DNA of 64,000 nucleotides, taken from an uncultured Lentisphaeria bacterium. GTDB lineage: Bacteria; Verrucomicrobiota; Lentisphaeria; Victivallales; UBA1829. The number at the start of each line of letters is the position of its first letter. Within the stretch, counting starts at the first letter, position 1. Positions 50,789-59,229 of the stretch are shown here, piece after piece. The notes under the pieces were generated by a model that was not told the DNA's origin, did not search any database, and saw only the letters and a program-made list of their open reading frames with translations. The position numbers and the translations under genes were made by a program. Location: the NCBI GenBank assembly GCA_949287225.1, contig CASEFP010000033.1:9689-73688 (forward strand). The letters run 5' to 3'.

Positions 50789-51187
50789 TTATTTCTCGAA
50801 GAAGAAACCCGTGAACTGGAATTTCGCCACAAGCTTTCCTTCCTCATTGCGGATCTCGACGTCCATTACGCAGGAACGTCTGCCCTTGCTGACCTCCCGC
50901 GCGACGGCGCGCAGCGTATTGCCCGAGCCGGGACGGATGAAGGAAACCGCCGCGCTCATCGCAATGCACTTGTCACCGTAGGAGTTCGCCGCGCCCGCAA
51001 ACGCCATGTCCGCCAGCGTGAACATGGCGCCGCCCTGCACCGTGTGAACCGCGTTGTAGGAGTGCTCGGTTACCACCATGACGGCTTCCGCATAACCGGG
51101 TTTCACAACCTCCAGCGTCATATGATTTGCTTTGCAGAAGGTGTCGTTTTCGTTGATGAATGCCTTGACCTGTTCCAGATATTCCAT
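50789..51187 (-). CDS. PaaI-family hotdog-fold thioesterase
   Basis: 132 aa from 'MEYLEQVKAFINEND'. Motifs: 'HTVQGGAMFTLADMAFAGAA' and 'GRRSCVMDVEIRNEEGKLVA'. Confidence 0.8.
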   Translation of the reverse strand: MEYLEQVKAFINENDTFCKANHMTLEVVKPGYAEAVMVVTEHSYNAVHTVQGGAMFTLADMAFAGAANSYGDKCIAMSAAVSFIRPGSGNTLRAVAREVSKGRRSCVMDVEIRNEEGKLVAKFQFTGFFFEK

Positions 51188-51267
51188 GGATTCTGACTCC
51201 TTGCAAGATAAAAAATACGGACGCGGAAACATCCGGAAAAAGAGTTCCGCGTCCGGAGAAAATGCGT

Positions 51268-52323
51268 TTATTTCACGTGGGATTTTCCGGTGCCGGCGAC
51301 GACCTCGCCGCAGGCGAAAGCGTCAAACCCGGCTTCGCGGCAGAGACGGAGCGCCTCCTCCCTGTCGTGCTCCGGAACGAAGAAGACCATGCCGACGCCC
51401 ATGTTGAAGACGCGGAATGCTTCGGAATCCTCGATGTTGCCTTCCTCGACGATCAGCTTGAAGATCGGCGGGGGATTCTGGATCGTGTTCTTGTAGAAAA
51501 CCGCGTCCACGTCTTTTGGCAGAATGCGCGGGACATTGTCGTAGAGTCCGCCGCCGGTGATGTGGGCGACGCCGTCAAGCGAAACTTCCGAATCCATCAG
51601 GCTCCGGACCGCCTTCCAGTAGCATGTGTGCGGCTTGAGGAGCGCTTCACCGATGCTTTCGCCGTTCAGTTCCTTCAGATGGGAAGATACTTCATAGCGT
51701 CTCATCGTGAAGAGCACGCGGCGAGCAAGGCTGAAGCCGTTGGTGTGAAGCCCGTTCGAGGGCAGGGCGATCGCGACGTGTCCCGGCCGGATTTTTTCTC
51801 CGGTGATGATGCGGTCCTTTTCCACCATGCCGGTGATGACGCCGACCAGATCGAAGTCGTCGCCGTACATGCCGGGCATTTCCGCCGTTTCCCCGCCGAG
51901 GAGCGCGCATCCGACCTCGCGGCAGGCGTCCGCGATTCCGCCGACGACCTCTTCATAGAGCGGGCTTCTGAGTTTTCCAATTCCGATGTAGTCCAGGAAA
52001 TAAACCGGCTCGGCGCCCTGGACGGAGATGTCGTTGACGCAGTGATTGACGATGTCGTGTCCGACCGTGTCGAACTTGTGCATCATCGCCGCGACCATGA
52101 GCTTTGTTCCCACGCCGTCGATGCTGGCGACCATGACCGGATTTTTCCATTTTGCCAGATCGATCTGGAACAGTCCGCCGAATCCGCCGATCGGAGCCAG
52201 CATTTCCGGCCGCTTCGCCGCGGCGAATTTCGGTTTGAGACGTTTCAGAAGATCCGTCGCCAGATCAATATCCACTCCGGCGCTCTTGTAGGTCGAGTGC
52301 CCGTTTCCGCTGCTTTGTGTCAT
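51268..52323 (-). CDS. purM: Phosphoribosylformylglycinamidine cyclo-ligase (AIR synthetase)
   Basis: 351 aa. Motifs: 'YKSAGVDIDLA', 'GGFGGLF', 'SIDGVGTKL', 'DHCVNDI' and 'AHITGGG'. Confidence 0.95.
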   Translation of the reverse strand: MTQSSGNGHSTYKSAGVDIDLATDLLKRLKPKFAAAKRPEMLAPIGGFGGLFQIDLAKWKNPVMVASIDGVGTKLMVAAMMHKFDTVGHDIVNHCVNDISVQGAEPVYFLDYIGIGKLRSPLYEEVVGGIADACREVGCALLGGETAEMPGMYGDDFDLVGVITGMVEKDRIITGEKIRPGHVAIALPSNGLHTNGFSLARRVLFTMRRYEVSSHLKELNGESIGEALLKPHTCYWKAVRSLMDSEVSLDGVAHITGGGLYDNVPRILPKDVDAVFYKNTIQNPPPIFKLIVEEGNIEDSEAFRVFNMGVGMVFFVPEHDREEALRLCREAGFDAFACGEVVAGTGKSHVK

Positions 52324-52498
52324 GTTTCGCTCCGTTGGTTAGCCCGTTCATGAAAAGGAATTCGCCGTAATATAGCACCGATTCCGGAAAGTTCAGCCCC
52401 GGAGAACGGTTTTTTTGCAAATAATCTTCCCCTGCTGCGTTTGCCGAACTGGAACCTTGCGGTTATATTACGGAAAATTAACAGAATTGGAATCCGTC

Positions 52499-53197
52499 AT
52501 GTCCTCCTGTGCAAAAGAAATCCGGCGTTTTGCCCCGTCCCGCGGATGCGCTTCCGGCGACCGGGTGATCCTTGTCCACGGACTCCTGATGTCCGGACAT
52601 GTTTTCTATCCGGTCGGCGCGCATCTGGCGCGTCAGGGCTTTCTCTCGATCCTTTATGATTATCCGACACGGCGCGCCTGCGTGGAGGAACACGGCGCGG
52701 CGCTCTGCGCATTCATCGAAAAGGAAATGGAGTCCATGCGCGAGTCCGGGGCGGGAAAACTGCATTTTGTGACGCACAGCATGGGGGGACTTCTGCTCCG
52801 TGTTGCACTGCGGCAGCTCTCTCCCGGAACACGCTCGGCAATCGGACGGATCGTGATGATCACGCCGCCGAACAAAGGTTCCGATATGGCCGAGGCCGTT
52901 CTGCGGAAGCTGTTCTTCGCGGAGAAAATCGTCAAATGCCTGCCGGACCTCTCCTCCGTGCCGCATTCGTTCGCGAACACCTTTCCCGAACCGGATGAGA
53001 CTTTTGAAATCGGAATCATCGCCGGTTCGCATGACCGGAAGGTCGCCGTGCCGAGCACCCATCTGGCACATGAGCGCGACCATCTGATCCTGCAATCGTC
53101 CCATACCGCGATTCTCTTCCGGAAACAGACCGTCCATCAGACCGTGCATTTTCTTCTGCACGGCACATTTGAACATCATCCGAAACAGGAGACTTGA
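52499..53197 (+). CDS. Alpha/beta hydrolase (esterase/lipase-like)
   Basis: 232 aa from 'MSSCAKEIRRF'. Motifs: 'VILVHGLLMSG' and the nucleophile elbow 'VTHSMGG'. Confidence 0.75.
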   Translation: MSSCAKEIRRFAPSRGCASGDRVILVHGLLMSGHVFYPVGAHLARQGFLSILYDYPTRRACVEEHGAALCAFIEKEMESMRESGAGKLHFVTHSMGGLLLRVALRQLSPGTRSAIGRIVMITPPNKGSDMAEAVLRKLFFAEKIVKCLPDLSSVPHSFANTFPEPDETFEIGIIAGSHDRKVAVPSTHLAHERDHLILQSSHTAILFRKQTVHQTVHFLLHGTFEHHPKQET

Positions 53198-53201
53198 AAC
53201 C

Positions 53202-54050
53202 ATGAACGGGATTGCCATCATCCGCGCAGCTGATCCGGATGCTTTGTTTGAGCTTGCCGGAACCGTCGGCTGGAACCAGACGCGCCGCGACTGCCGCGAA
53301 ATGCTTCTTGCACCCGCCGCCACCGGTGTTTTCGCCGTCTGCGACGGGCATGTGATCGGCTCCGCCGCCGCAATGGTTTATGAGAAAAACCGGATCGGCT
53401 ACATCAACATGGTGATCGTGCGCGAACCGTTCCGGCGGCGCGGAATCGCCACGCGGATGCTCGAAAAACTTATGGAGATGCTCCATCACTGCCGCACGCT
53501 CCGGCTCTACGCCACGCCGGCGGGGAGCTGTGTCTATGAGAAACTCGGATTCCGGACCTATGCGACACTGCACAAGTTCGCCTCGGACTCCTATGTGCCG
53601 CTTCCGGAATCCGACCGGCGCATCATGCCGCTTCTGCCGTCCGACCTGCCGGAAATCACCGCGCTGGACAAACAGAGTTTCGGCGTTGAACGCGGCACGC
53701 TTCTGGAGTATTTTTACAGCTGTCACCCGGAACTGGCGTTCAAAATCACCGAAAATGGACGCATCACGGGATTCACGCTCGGGCGGGTCGGTCCCGTCTC
53801 GCGTCAGGCGAGCGCTCTGACGGCACCGAAGGAGGAGGACGCGCTTGCGCTGTTTGACGCGGTTGCGCGTCAGGGGGAACCTTCTCCGCGCGTGCTTCTG
53901 GCCGCATTCGATACGCGGAAACGCCTGATCGCGCAGATGGCGGAACGCGGGATTCTCCCTTCTTCGGAAATGGTCGCGATGGATTTCGGAGAGTCCGGGC
54001 CGCTTCCCGCAGCGTGCTATTACGGCGTGCTCGGCGGCGATTTCGGCTGA
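53202..54050 (+). CDS. GNAT-family N-acetyltransferase (two-domain, YitH-like)
   Basis: 282 aa from 'MNGIAIIRAADPD'. Acetyl-CoA motif 'FRRRGIATRMLEKLM'. C-terminal extension domain. Confidence 0.75.
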   Translation: MNGIAIIRAADPDALFELAGTVGWNQTRRDCREMLLAPAATGVFAVCDGHVIGSAAAMVYEKNRIGYINMVIVREPFRRRGIATRMLEKLMEMLHHCRTLRLYATPAGSCVYEKLGFRTYATLHKFASDSYVPLPESDRRIMPLLPSDLPEITALDKQSFGVERGTLLEYFYSCHPELAFKITENGRITGFTLGRVGPVSRQASALTAPKEEDALALFDAVARQGEPSPRVLLAAFDTRKRLIAQMAERGILPSSEMVAMDFGESGPLPAACYYGVLGGDFG

Positions 54051-54325
54051 TTGCGCGAGATGTGTGGCTGAATTTCTCCCGCCTTACCGGTACAAAAGCT
54101 TTCCGGATACAAATCCGCGAGGAAAACATGGGAAGAAAACCGGATGCGGGATTCCGGATCCGACAGCAATATCCCGCAGTCCATGTTTCATAAGATTTCC
54201 CTGCTCAAGCATACAGCGCTTGTTTCTCCCGCTCGGAAAATACGACAGCTGCCCGGAAGCTTTCTTCCATTCCGGAACAGAAAATCCTGGAAACGGTTTT
54301 GCGGTCGCGGACGTTTCATGTCCCG

Positions 54326-54363
54326 CAAAAGAAACGGCGGGGACCCCGGATGGGATCCCCGCC
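54326..54363 (-). terminator. Intrinsic terminator downstream of glnN
   Basis: On the minus strand: the GGCGGGGA(T)CCC / GGG-TCCCCGCC hairpin (54336-54363, one bulge) followed by GTTTCTTTTG (54335-54326). A second GC-rich hairpin without a U-run (GCCGCCGGCTG/CAGCCGGCGGC, about 54388-54425) lies between it and the glnN stop. Confidence 0.55.
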
Positions 54364-54439
54364 TGTGTGTGGGGGTGTATGACTACGCCGCCGGCTGCGA
54401 GAGAGAGAATCAGCCGGCGGCGGCAGAGAGAAACCGTGT

Positions 54440-56581
54440 TCAGTTGATGAAAAGCATCTCGCGGTATTTCGGGAGCGGCCAGAGATCGTCGTCCATCTGT
54501 TTTTCGAGCACGTCGACCAGTTTCCGGAGTTCGGCGAGCGCGTCCACGACGGCCACGCCGTTTTTCTCCTTCGCGAGCGTCTTTTCCAGTTTCGCGGCGG
54601 CGGCGGTGATCCCGTCGAGCAGTCCGCCGATCGTTTCGGCAAGTGCCTTCTGGGAGGCTGCGCCGCTCTTCAGACCGCAGCCGTCCATCACGGCAATCGT
54701 CTTGACCAGTTCCGCAAGCTGTTTGCTTCCTGCGGCAAGGATGATCGTCCGGACCATGTTCAGCGCAAGTTCTCCTTCGATGCGGATCTTCCGCTCGTAT
54801 TCTTCGCAGAAAATCTCGTAACGGGAGCGGAGTTCGACGCCGGAGAACACCTTGTATTTCTCGAAGAGCGCGATGTTCTCCTTGTCGAGCAGCGGCTTGA
54901 GCGCTTCCGGCGTGTTGCGCAGATTCGGCAGACCGCGTTTCGCGGCCTCCTTTCTCCACGCCTCACTGTAGTTGTCCCCATTGAAGATGATGCGCTTGTG
55001 CGCCTTGATGATCTTCTGGAGAACCTTCTGGAGTCCGCTGTTGAAATTCTCCTTCGGGAGTTTTTCCAGCTGCGCGGCGATGTCGTCGATCGCTTCTGCG
55101 AAGATCGTGTTCAGGATCACGTTCGCGCCGGCGCAGGACTGGCTGGAACCCGGGGCGCGGAACTCGAACTTGTTGTTCGTGAAGGCGAACGGGCTTGTCC
55201 GGTTTCGGTCGGTCGCATCCAGAGGCAGCGGCGGAAGCGTATCCACTCCGATGCGCATCATGTCCATGTGCTTCGAGGACTTGAGATCGCCCTTTTCGAG
55301 CTGGTCGATCACGTCCGCGAGCTGTTCGCCGATGAAGATCGAGATGATCGCCGGAGGCGCTTCATTGGCGCCGAGCCGGTGGTCGTTGCCCGCCGACGCG
55401 GTCGCGCTCCGGAGCAGGTCGCTGTGTTTGTCCACCGCCATGATGATCGCGCAGAGCGTCGTCAGGAAGATCGCGTTCTGGTGCGGATCGCTGCCCGGAT
55501 TCAGCAGATTGATGGTTCCGTAGGTCGGCGACCAGTTGTTGTGCTTGCCCGAACCGTTGATGCCCGCGAAGGGCTTTTCATGGAGCAGGCAGACGAGTCC
55601 GTGCTTTTCCGCGGTCTGCTTGAGCACTTCCATGATGATCATGTTGTGATCGACGGCGAGGTTGAGCTCCTCGAAAACCGGGGCGATCTCGAACTGGGCC
55701 GGCGCGACCTCGTTATGCCGGGTCTTGGCGGGAATGCCCAGCTTCCAGAGTTCGGAATCGACGTCGGTCATGAACGCGAGGATGCGCGGCTTGATCGCGC
55801 CGAAATAGTGATCTTCGAGCTGCTGATGCTTCGGCGGCGGCGCGCCGAAAAGCGTGCGTCCGCTCTGTACCAGATCAGGGCGCGCATAGTAGAACTGTTC
55901 GTCGATCAGGAAATACTCCTGTTCCGCGCCAAGCGTGATCCGGACGTTCTTGGTTCCGTCGTCGCCGAAGCACTTCATCATGCGGCGGACGGATTTGGTC
56001 AGCGCCTGCATGGAGCGCAGAAGCGGCGTTTTCTTGTCGAGCGCTTCGCCCGTGTAGGCGCAGAAGGCGGTCGGGATGCAGAGCGTCGCGCCATTGTGGC
56101 CGCGCTTGATGAACGCAGGGCTGGTCGGATCCCAGGCGGTGTAGCCGCGTGCCTCAAAGGTCGAGCGGATGCCGCCGGAGGGGAAGCTCGAAGCGTCCGG
56201 CTCGCTGACGATCAGGTTTTTCCCCGAGAACGAGAGGATCGCGTGCCCGTTGCTGGTCGGGTCGAGGAAGGAGTCGTGCTTTTCCGCGGTCGTGCCGGTC
56301 AGCGGCTGGAACCAGTGGGTGTAGTGGGTGGCGCCTTTTTCAAGCGCCCACTCCTTCATTGCATGGGCGACGGCGTCGGCGATGGAGGGGTCCAGCGCCT
56401 TGCCTTCCCGCACAGTGTCCATCAGTTTCTGGTAGATCGGCTTCGGGAGACGCTCCTTCATGCGTCCGCAGTGAAACACGTCCTCTCCGAAGTGTTCCGT
56501 GGTGAAGGGGTTCAGGGCAATGTTCTCCTCGTCCTCGCGGGCGAGGATGCCTTCAATGGCCATTTTCCTGTCGGCATTCAT
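54440..56581 (-). CDS. glnN: Type III glutamine synthetase
   Basis: 713 aa, a length typical of GSIII. Motifs: '[23 protein letters not shown]', '[12 protein letters not shown]', '[14 protein letters not shown]' and '[10 protein letters not shown]'. Confidence 0.9.
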   Translation of the reverse strand: MNADRKMAIEGILAREDEENIALNPFTTEHFGEDVFHCGRMKERLPKPIYQKLMDTVREGKALDPSIADAVAHAMKEWALEKGATHYTHWFQPLTGTTAEKHDSFLDPTSNGHAILSFSGKNLIVSEPDASSFPSGGIRSTFEARGYTAWDPTSPAFIKRGHNGATLCIPTAFCAYTGEALDKKTPLLRSMQALTKSVRRMMKCFGDDGTKNVRITLGAEQEYFLIDEQFYYARPDLVQSGRTLFGAPPPKHQQLEDHYFGAIKPRILAFMTDVDSELWKLGIPAKTRHNEVAPAQFEIAPVFEELNLAVDHNMIIMEVLKQTAEKHGLVCLLHEKPFAGINGSGKHNNWSPTYGTINLLNPGSDPHQNAIFLTTLCAIIMAVDKHSDLLRSATASAGNDHRLGANEAPPAIISIFIGEQLADVIDQLEKGDLKSSKHMDMMRIGVDTLPPLPLDATDRNRTSPFAFTNNKFEFRAPGSSQSCAGANVILNTIFAEAIDDIAAQLEKLPKENFNSGLQKVLQKIIKAHKRIIFNGDNYSEAWRKEAAKRGLPNLRNTPEALKPLLDKENIALFEKYKVFSGVELRSRYEIFCEEYERKIRIEGELALNMVRTIILAAGSKQLAELVKTIAVMDGCGLKSGAASQKALAETIGGLLDGITAAAAKLEKTLAKEKNGVAVVDALAELRKLVDVLEKQMDDDLWPLPKYREMLFIN

Positions 56582-56633
56582 TTTTGTATCACTCCTCGTG
56601 GTTTCCTGTTTTTTTCAAATCTGATGCTTACCA

Positions 56634-56653
56634 TTAAGCACTATGCGTGCCAA
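56634..56653 (-). promoter_or_regulatory. Sigma-54 (-24/-12) promoter of glnN
   Basis: The minus strand reads TTGGCACGCATAGTGCTTAA. This is TGGCACG-N4-GTGCT against the consensus TGGCACG-N4-TTGCW (GG and GC correctly spaced, one mismatch). It lies about 50 nt upstream of the glnN ATG, whose RBS is GAGGAG. rpoN and an enhancer-binding protein are both encoded in this window. Confidence 0.7.
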
Positions 56654-56730
56654 CTTTTTTGAAAAAGTGTATTTTGAATTCAAAAAAAATATCGAGCGGG
56701 ATAAAAAGAAAATATCAATCACTGAAAAGT

Positions 56731-56773
56731 TACATTTTTGTTATGACATTTTTTGTATTCCTACATTTTTGTA
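56731..56773. promoter_or_regulatory. Three direct copies of the small palindrome ACA-T4/5-TGT (candidate enhancer/UAS sites)
   Basis: 'tACATTTTTGTt' (56731-41), 'gACATTTTTTGT' (56745-56) and 'TACATTTTTGTA' (56762-73). They lie 80-120 bp upstream of the -24 element and abut the -35 of the divergent activator promoter. Nearby AT-rich palindromes: ACTTTTT-TG-AAAAAGT (56653-68) and TTTTGAATTCAAAA (56672-85). Confidence 0.45.
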
Positions 56774-56775
56774 GC

Positions 56776-56803
56776 TTGACAAACGCGTGCGGCAGACTAT
56801 ATT
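56776..56803 (+). promoter_or_regulatory. Candidate sigma-70-type promoter of the sigma-54 activator gene
   Basis: TTGACA (56776-81), 16-nt spacer, TATATT (56798-803), about 48 nt upstream of the ATG at 56852 (RBS GAGAGGAG). Confidence 0.45.
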
Positions 56804-56851
56804 TCCTTTTCCGTTCCGCAGCGTCAACCAGCAGAGAGAGAGGAGTTCCGG

Positions 56852-58402
56852 ATGGCGGAAAGAAACGATATCGAAATCGCGGTGCTCAACCAGATCAGCC
56901 ACGCCATTGTGCATGAACTGAACGTTTCGGAGCTTCTCAACAACATCCTCACCATTCTGCGCAAGGAGATGGGGCTTATCCGCGGCACGATCACGCTCAA
57001 GCACGACGATACGCTCGTGATCGAGGCCTCCAACGGCCTGACGGACGAGGAGATCAGCCGCGGCAAATACATGATCGGGGAGGGGATTACCGGAAAGGTC
57101 GCGCAGACCGGGAAACCCGCGCTTGTGCCGGACATTTCGCAGGAGCCCGAGTTTCTCGGGAGGACGCAGGCGCGTGGCAAAAACGAGCACGTCGCCTTCA
57201 TCTGCGTGCCGATCACGCACCTTGACAACGTCATCGGCACGCTCAGCATCGACTGTCCCGGGGGAAGCCGCGAGGAGCTCGAACGCGACCTGCGGCTCCT
57301 CGACACCGTCGCGAACATCATGGCCGAGGCGGTCGCCTCCTGCCTGAAAAAATACGACGAGCGCCGTCAGCTTCTGGAGGAGAACATGCGCCTGCGCGAG
57401 GAGCTCGGCACGACGCCGCGCCCCGCGAACCTGATCGGCAACTGCAACGCGATGCGCGCGGTCTACAAGATGATCGCGCAGGTCGCGAACAGCTCCGCGA
57501 CGGTGCTGATCCGTGGCGAGTCCGGCACCGGAAAGGAGCTTGTCGCCCGCGCGATCCAGATGTCCAGCGGACGGCGCGACAAGCCGTTCATCGCGGTCAA
57601 CTGCGCCGCACTGCCTGACAACCTTATCGAAAGCGAACTCTTCGGCTACGAGAAGGGCGCGTTCACCGGTGCCGTCTCCCGCCGCATCGGGCGCGCGGAG
57701 GCCGCCGACGGCGGCACGCTGTTTCTGGACGAGATCGGCGACCTGAGCCAGCATGTCCAGGTCAAGCTTCTGCGCTTCATTCAGGAGCGGACCTTTTCGC
57801 GGGTCGGCAGCAACGAGGAGATCAAGGTTGACGTCCGGCTTCTGACCGCGACAAGCCGCGATCTGGAAAAACTCATGGAGGAGGGAAAGTTCCGCGAGGA
57901 CCTCTACTACCGCCTGAATGTGTTCCCGATCCATCTGCCGAGCCTGCACAAGCGCCCGAGCGACATCATCCTCCTTGCAGATCATTTCCTTGAAAAATAC
58001 AACCGCCTGCACGGGAAGAACATCGCCCGCATCTCCACGCCGGCGATCAACATGCTGATGGCCTATCACTGGCCGGGCAACGTCCGCGAGCTGGAGAACT
58101 GCATCGAGCGCGCGGTGCTGACTGCGAACGACACCGTGATTCACGGGTATGACCTTCCGCCGTCGCTCCAGACAGGCGAAGCCTCGGGCACGGCGGTGAT
58201 CCACCCGAACATCAAGGCGGACTTCCAGACGCTGGTCAATTCATTCGAGCGCGAACTGATCGTCGAAGCATTGAAGGCGAACAGCGGAAACGCCGCCGCG
58301 GCCGCGCGCCAGCTCGGACTATCCGAGCGGATCATCCACTATAAAATCAAGAATCTTGGCATTACGCCGGACTGGTACCGTCAGCGGAAGAACGCGAAGT
58401 AA
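56852..58402 (+). CDS. Sigma-54-dependent transcriptional activator with N-terminal GAF domain (NifA-type architecture)
   Basis: 516 aa. GAF region ('[13 protein letters not shown]...[19 protein letters not shown]'). AAA+ domain: Walker A '[11 protein letters not shown]', '[15 protein letters not shown]', 'LFLDEIG'. C-terminal Fis-type HTH '[19 protein letters not shown]'. Divergent from glnN. Confidence 0.9.
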   Translation: MAERNDIEIAVLNQISHAIVHELNVSELLNNILTILRKEMGLIRGTITLKHDDTLVIEASNGLTDEEISRGKYMIGEGITGKVAQTGKPALVPDISQEPEFLGRTQARGKNEHVAFICVPITHLDNVIGTLSIDCPGGSREELERDLRLLDTVANIMAEAVASCLKKYDERRQLLEENMRLREELGTTPRPANLIGNCNAMRAVYKMIAQVANSSATVLIRGESGTGKELVARAIQMSSGRRDKPFIAVNCAALPDNLIESELFGYEKGAFTGAVSRRIGRAEAADGGTLFLDEIGDLSQHVQVKLLRFIQERTFSRVGSNEEIKVDVRLLTATSRDLEKLMEEGKFREDLYYRLNVFPIHLPSLHKRPSDIILLADHFLEKYNRLHGKNIARISTPAINMLMAYHWPGNVRELENCIERAVLTANDTVIHGYDLPPSLQTGEASGTAVIHPNIKADFQTLVNSFERELIVEALKANSGNAAAAARQLGLSERIIHYKIKNLGITPDWYRQRKNAK

Positions 58403-58416
58403 TAGGTGCTTTTCCC

Positions 58417-59229
58417 TTATTTGACTTCGTCGAAAACCCGGACGTAATCGACTGCAAAGGCGTCCGGCTCGGTAATTTTATGCAGCGCGGGGTCCGGCAT
58501 CCCGTTGTAGCGGTAAGTCTGGCATTCGGTGGTGATCAGGATGAACTGTTCCGTGTGGGAGACCGCTTCCGAGAAACGCCAGGACTCCCTGCCGTCCACA
58601 TAGAAAACATAGCCCTCCGGGTTCCACTCCAGTCCGTAGGTATGGAATCCGAAGATGTCCGTTTCCAGACGGCGGGGACCGGAATGTCCGGCCTTGATGT
58701 CCGGTCCGTATCCATTCCAGTAGATATTGTGCGAGAATTCGCCGTCCCTTGTGAAATTTTCCATGATGTCAATCTCGATTCCGGAACGGCCGGGATCCGG
58801 GGAACTGCCGATCACAGGAGACTGGAGCCAGAAGGCCGACCACCATCCCGGCTGTCGCTGCAGTTTGCAGCGGCATTCAAAATACCCGTATTTTTTCAGA
58901 AATTTCGGTTTTGCGAAACCGGCGATCGGCCAGTTGAAAATCCTGAGGCGCTCTTCCGGCCTGCGGTCCATGAAGTTTTCCCCGGTTTGAAGCTGCGGAG
59001 AGCGGAACTGATCCTTGTCCCTGACCAGTTCCAGATGGATGCAGCTGTCCTCGAAATGAATGCCGCCTTCCAGCAATGCCGTGTGGCGGCGCTGCATCAT
59101 GTTCAAACGGAAATCCCATTTGCCGCGGTCGAGGGTGTTTCCGTCGAATTCATCATTCCAGACGAGTTTCCATTGTTTCCCGTGCGGCAGTAAACTTTTA
59201 GCATGCTTCATCTGTGTGCATCCTCTCAT
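58417..59229 (-). CDS. GH16-family beta-glucanase-like glycosidase (leaderless)
   Basis: 270 aa. Motifs: 'WKLVWNDEFDGNTLDRGKWDF' and the catalytic motif 'GIEIDIMENF' (E-x-D-x-x-E). No signal peptide. The start overlaps the upstream stop (ATGA at 59226-59229); an alternative Met is at 59211. Confidence 0.8.
   Translation of the reverse strand: MRGCTQMKHAKSLLPHGKQWKLVWNDEFDGNTLDRGKWDFRLNMMQRRHTALLEGGIHFEDSCIHLELVRDKDQFRSPQLQTGENFMDRRPEERLRIFNWPIAGFAKPKFLKKYGYFECRCKLQRQPGWWSAFWLQSPVIGSSPDPGRSGIEIDIMENFTRDGEFSHNIYWNGYGPDIKAGHSGPRRLETDIFGFHTYGLEWNPEGYVFYVDGRESWRFSEAVSHTEQFILITTECQTYRYNGMPDPALHKITEPDAFAVDYVRVFDEVK

Noticed and set aside
54064-54447. 127-aa plus-strand ORF, and a 42-codon minus-strand ORF starting at 54320, in the 390-bp gap between the GNAT gene and glnN.
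   Set aside because: Neither has an RBS or protein-like composition. Both overlap the hairpins and terminator downstream of glnN. The region is better explained as a 3' UTR/terminator region; a decayed gene cannot be excluded.
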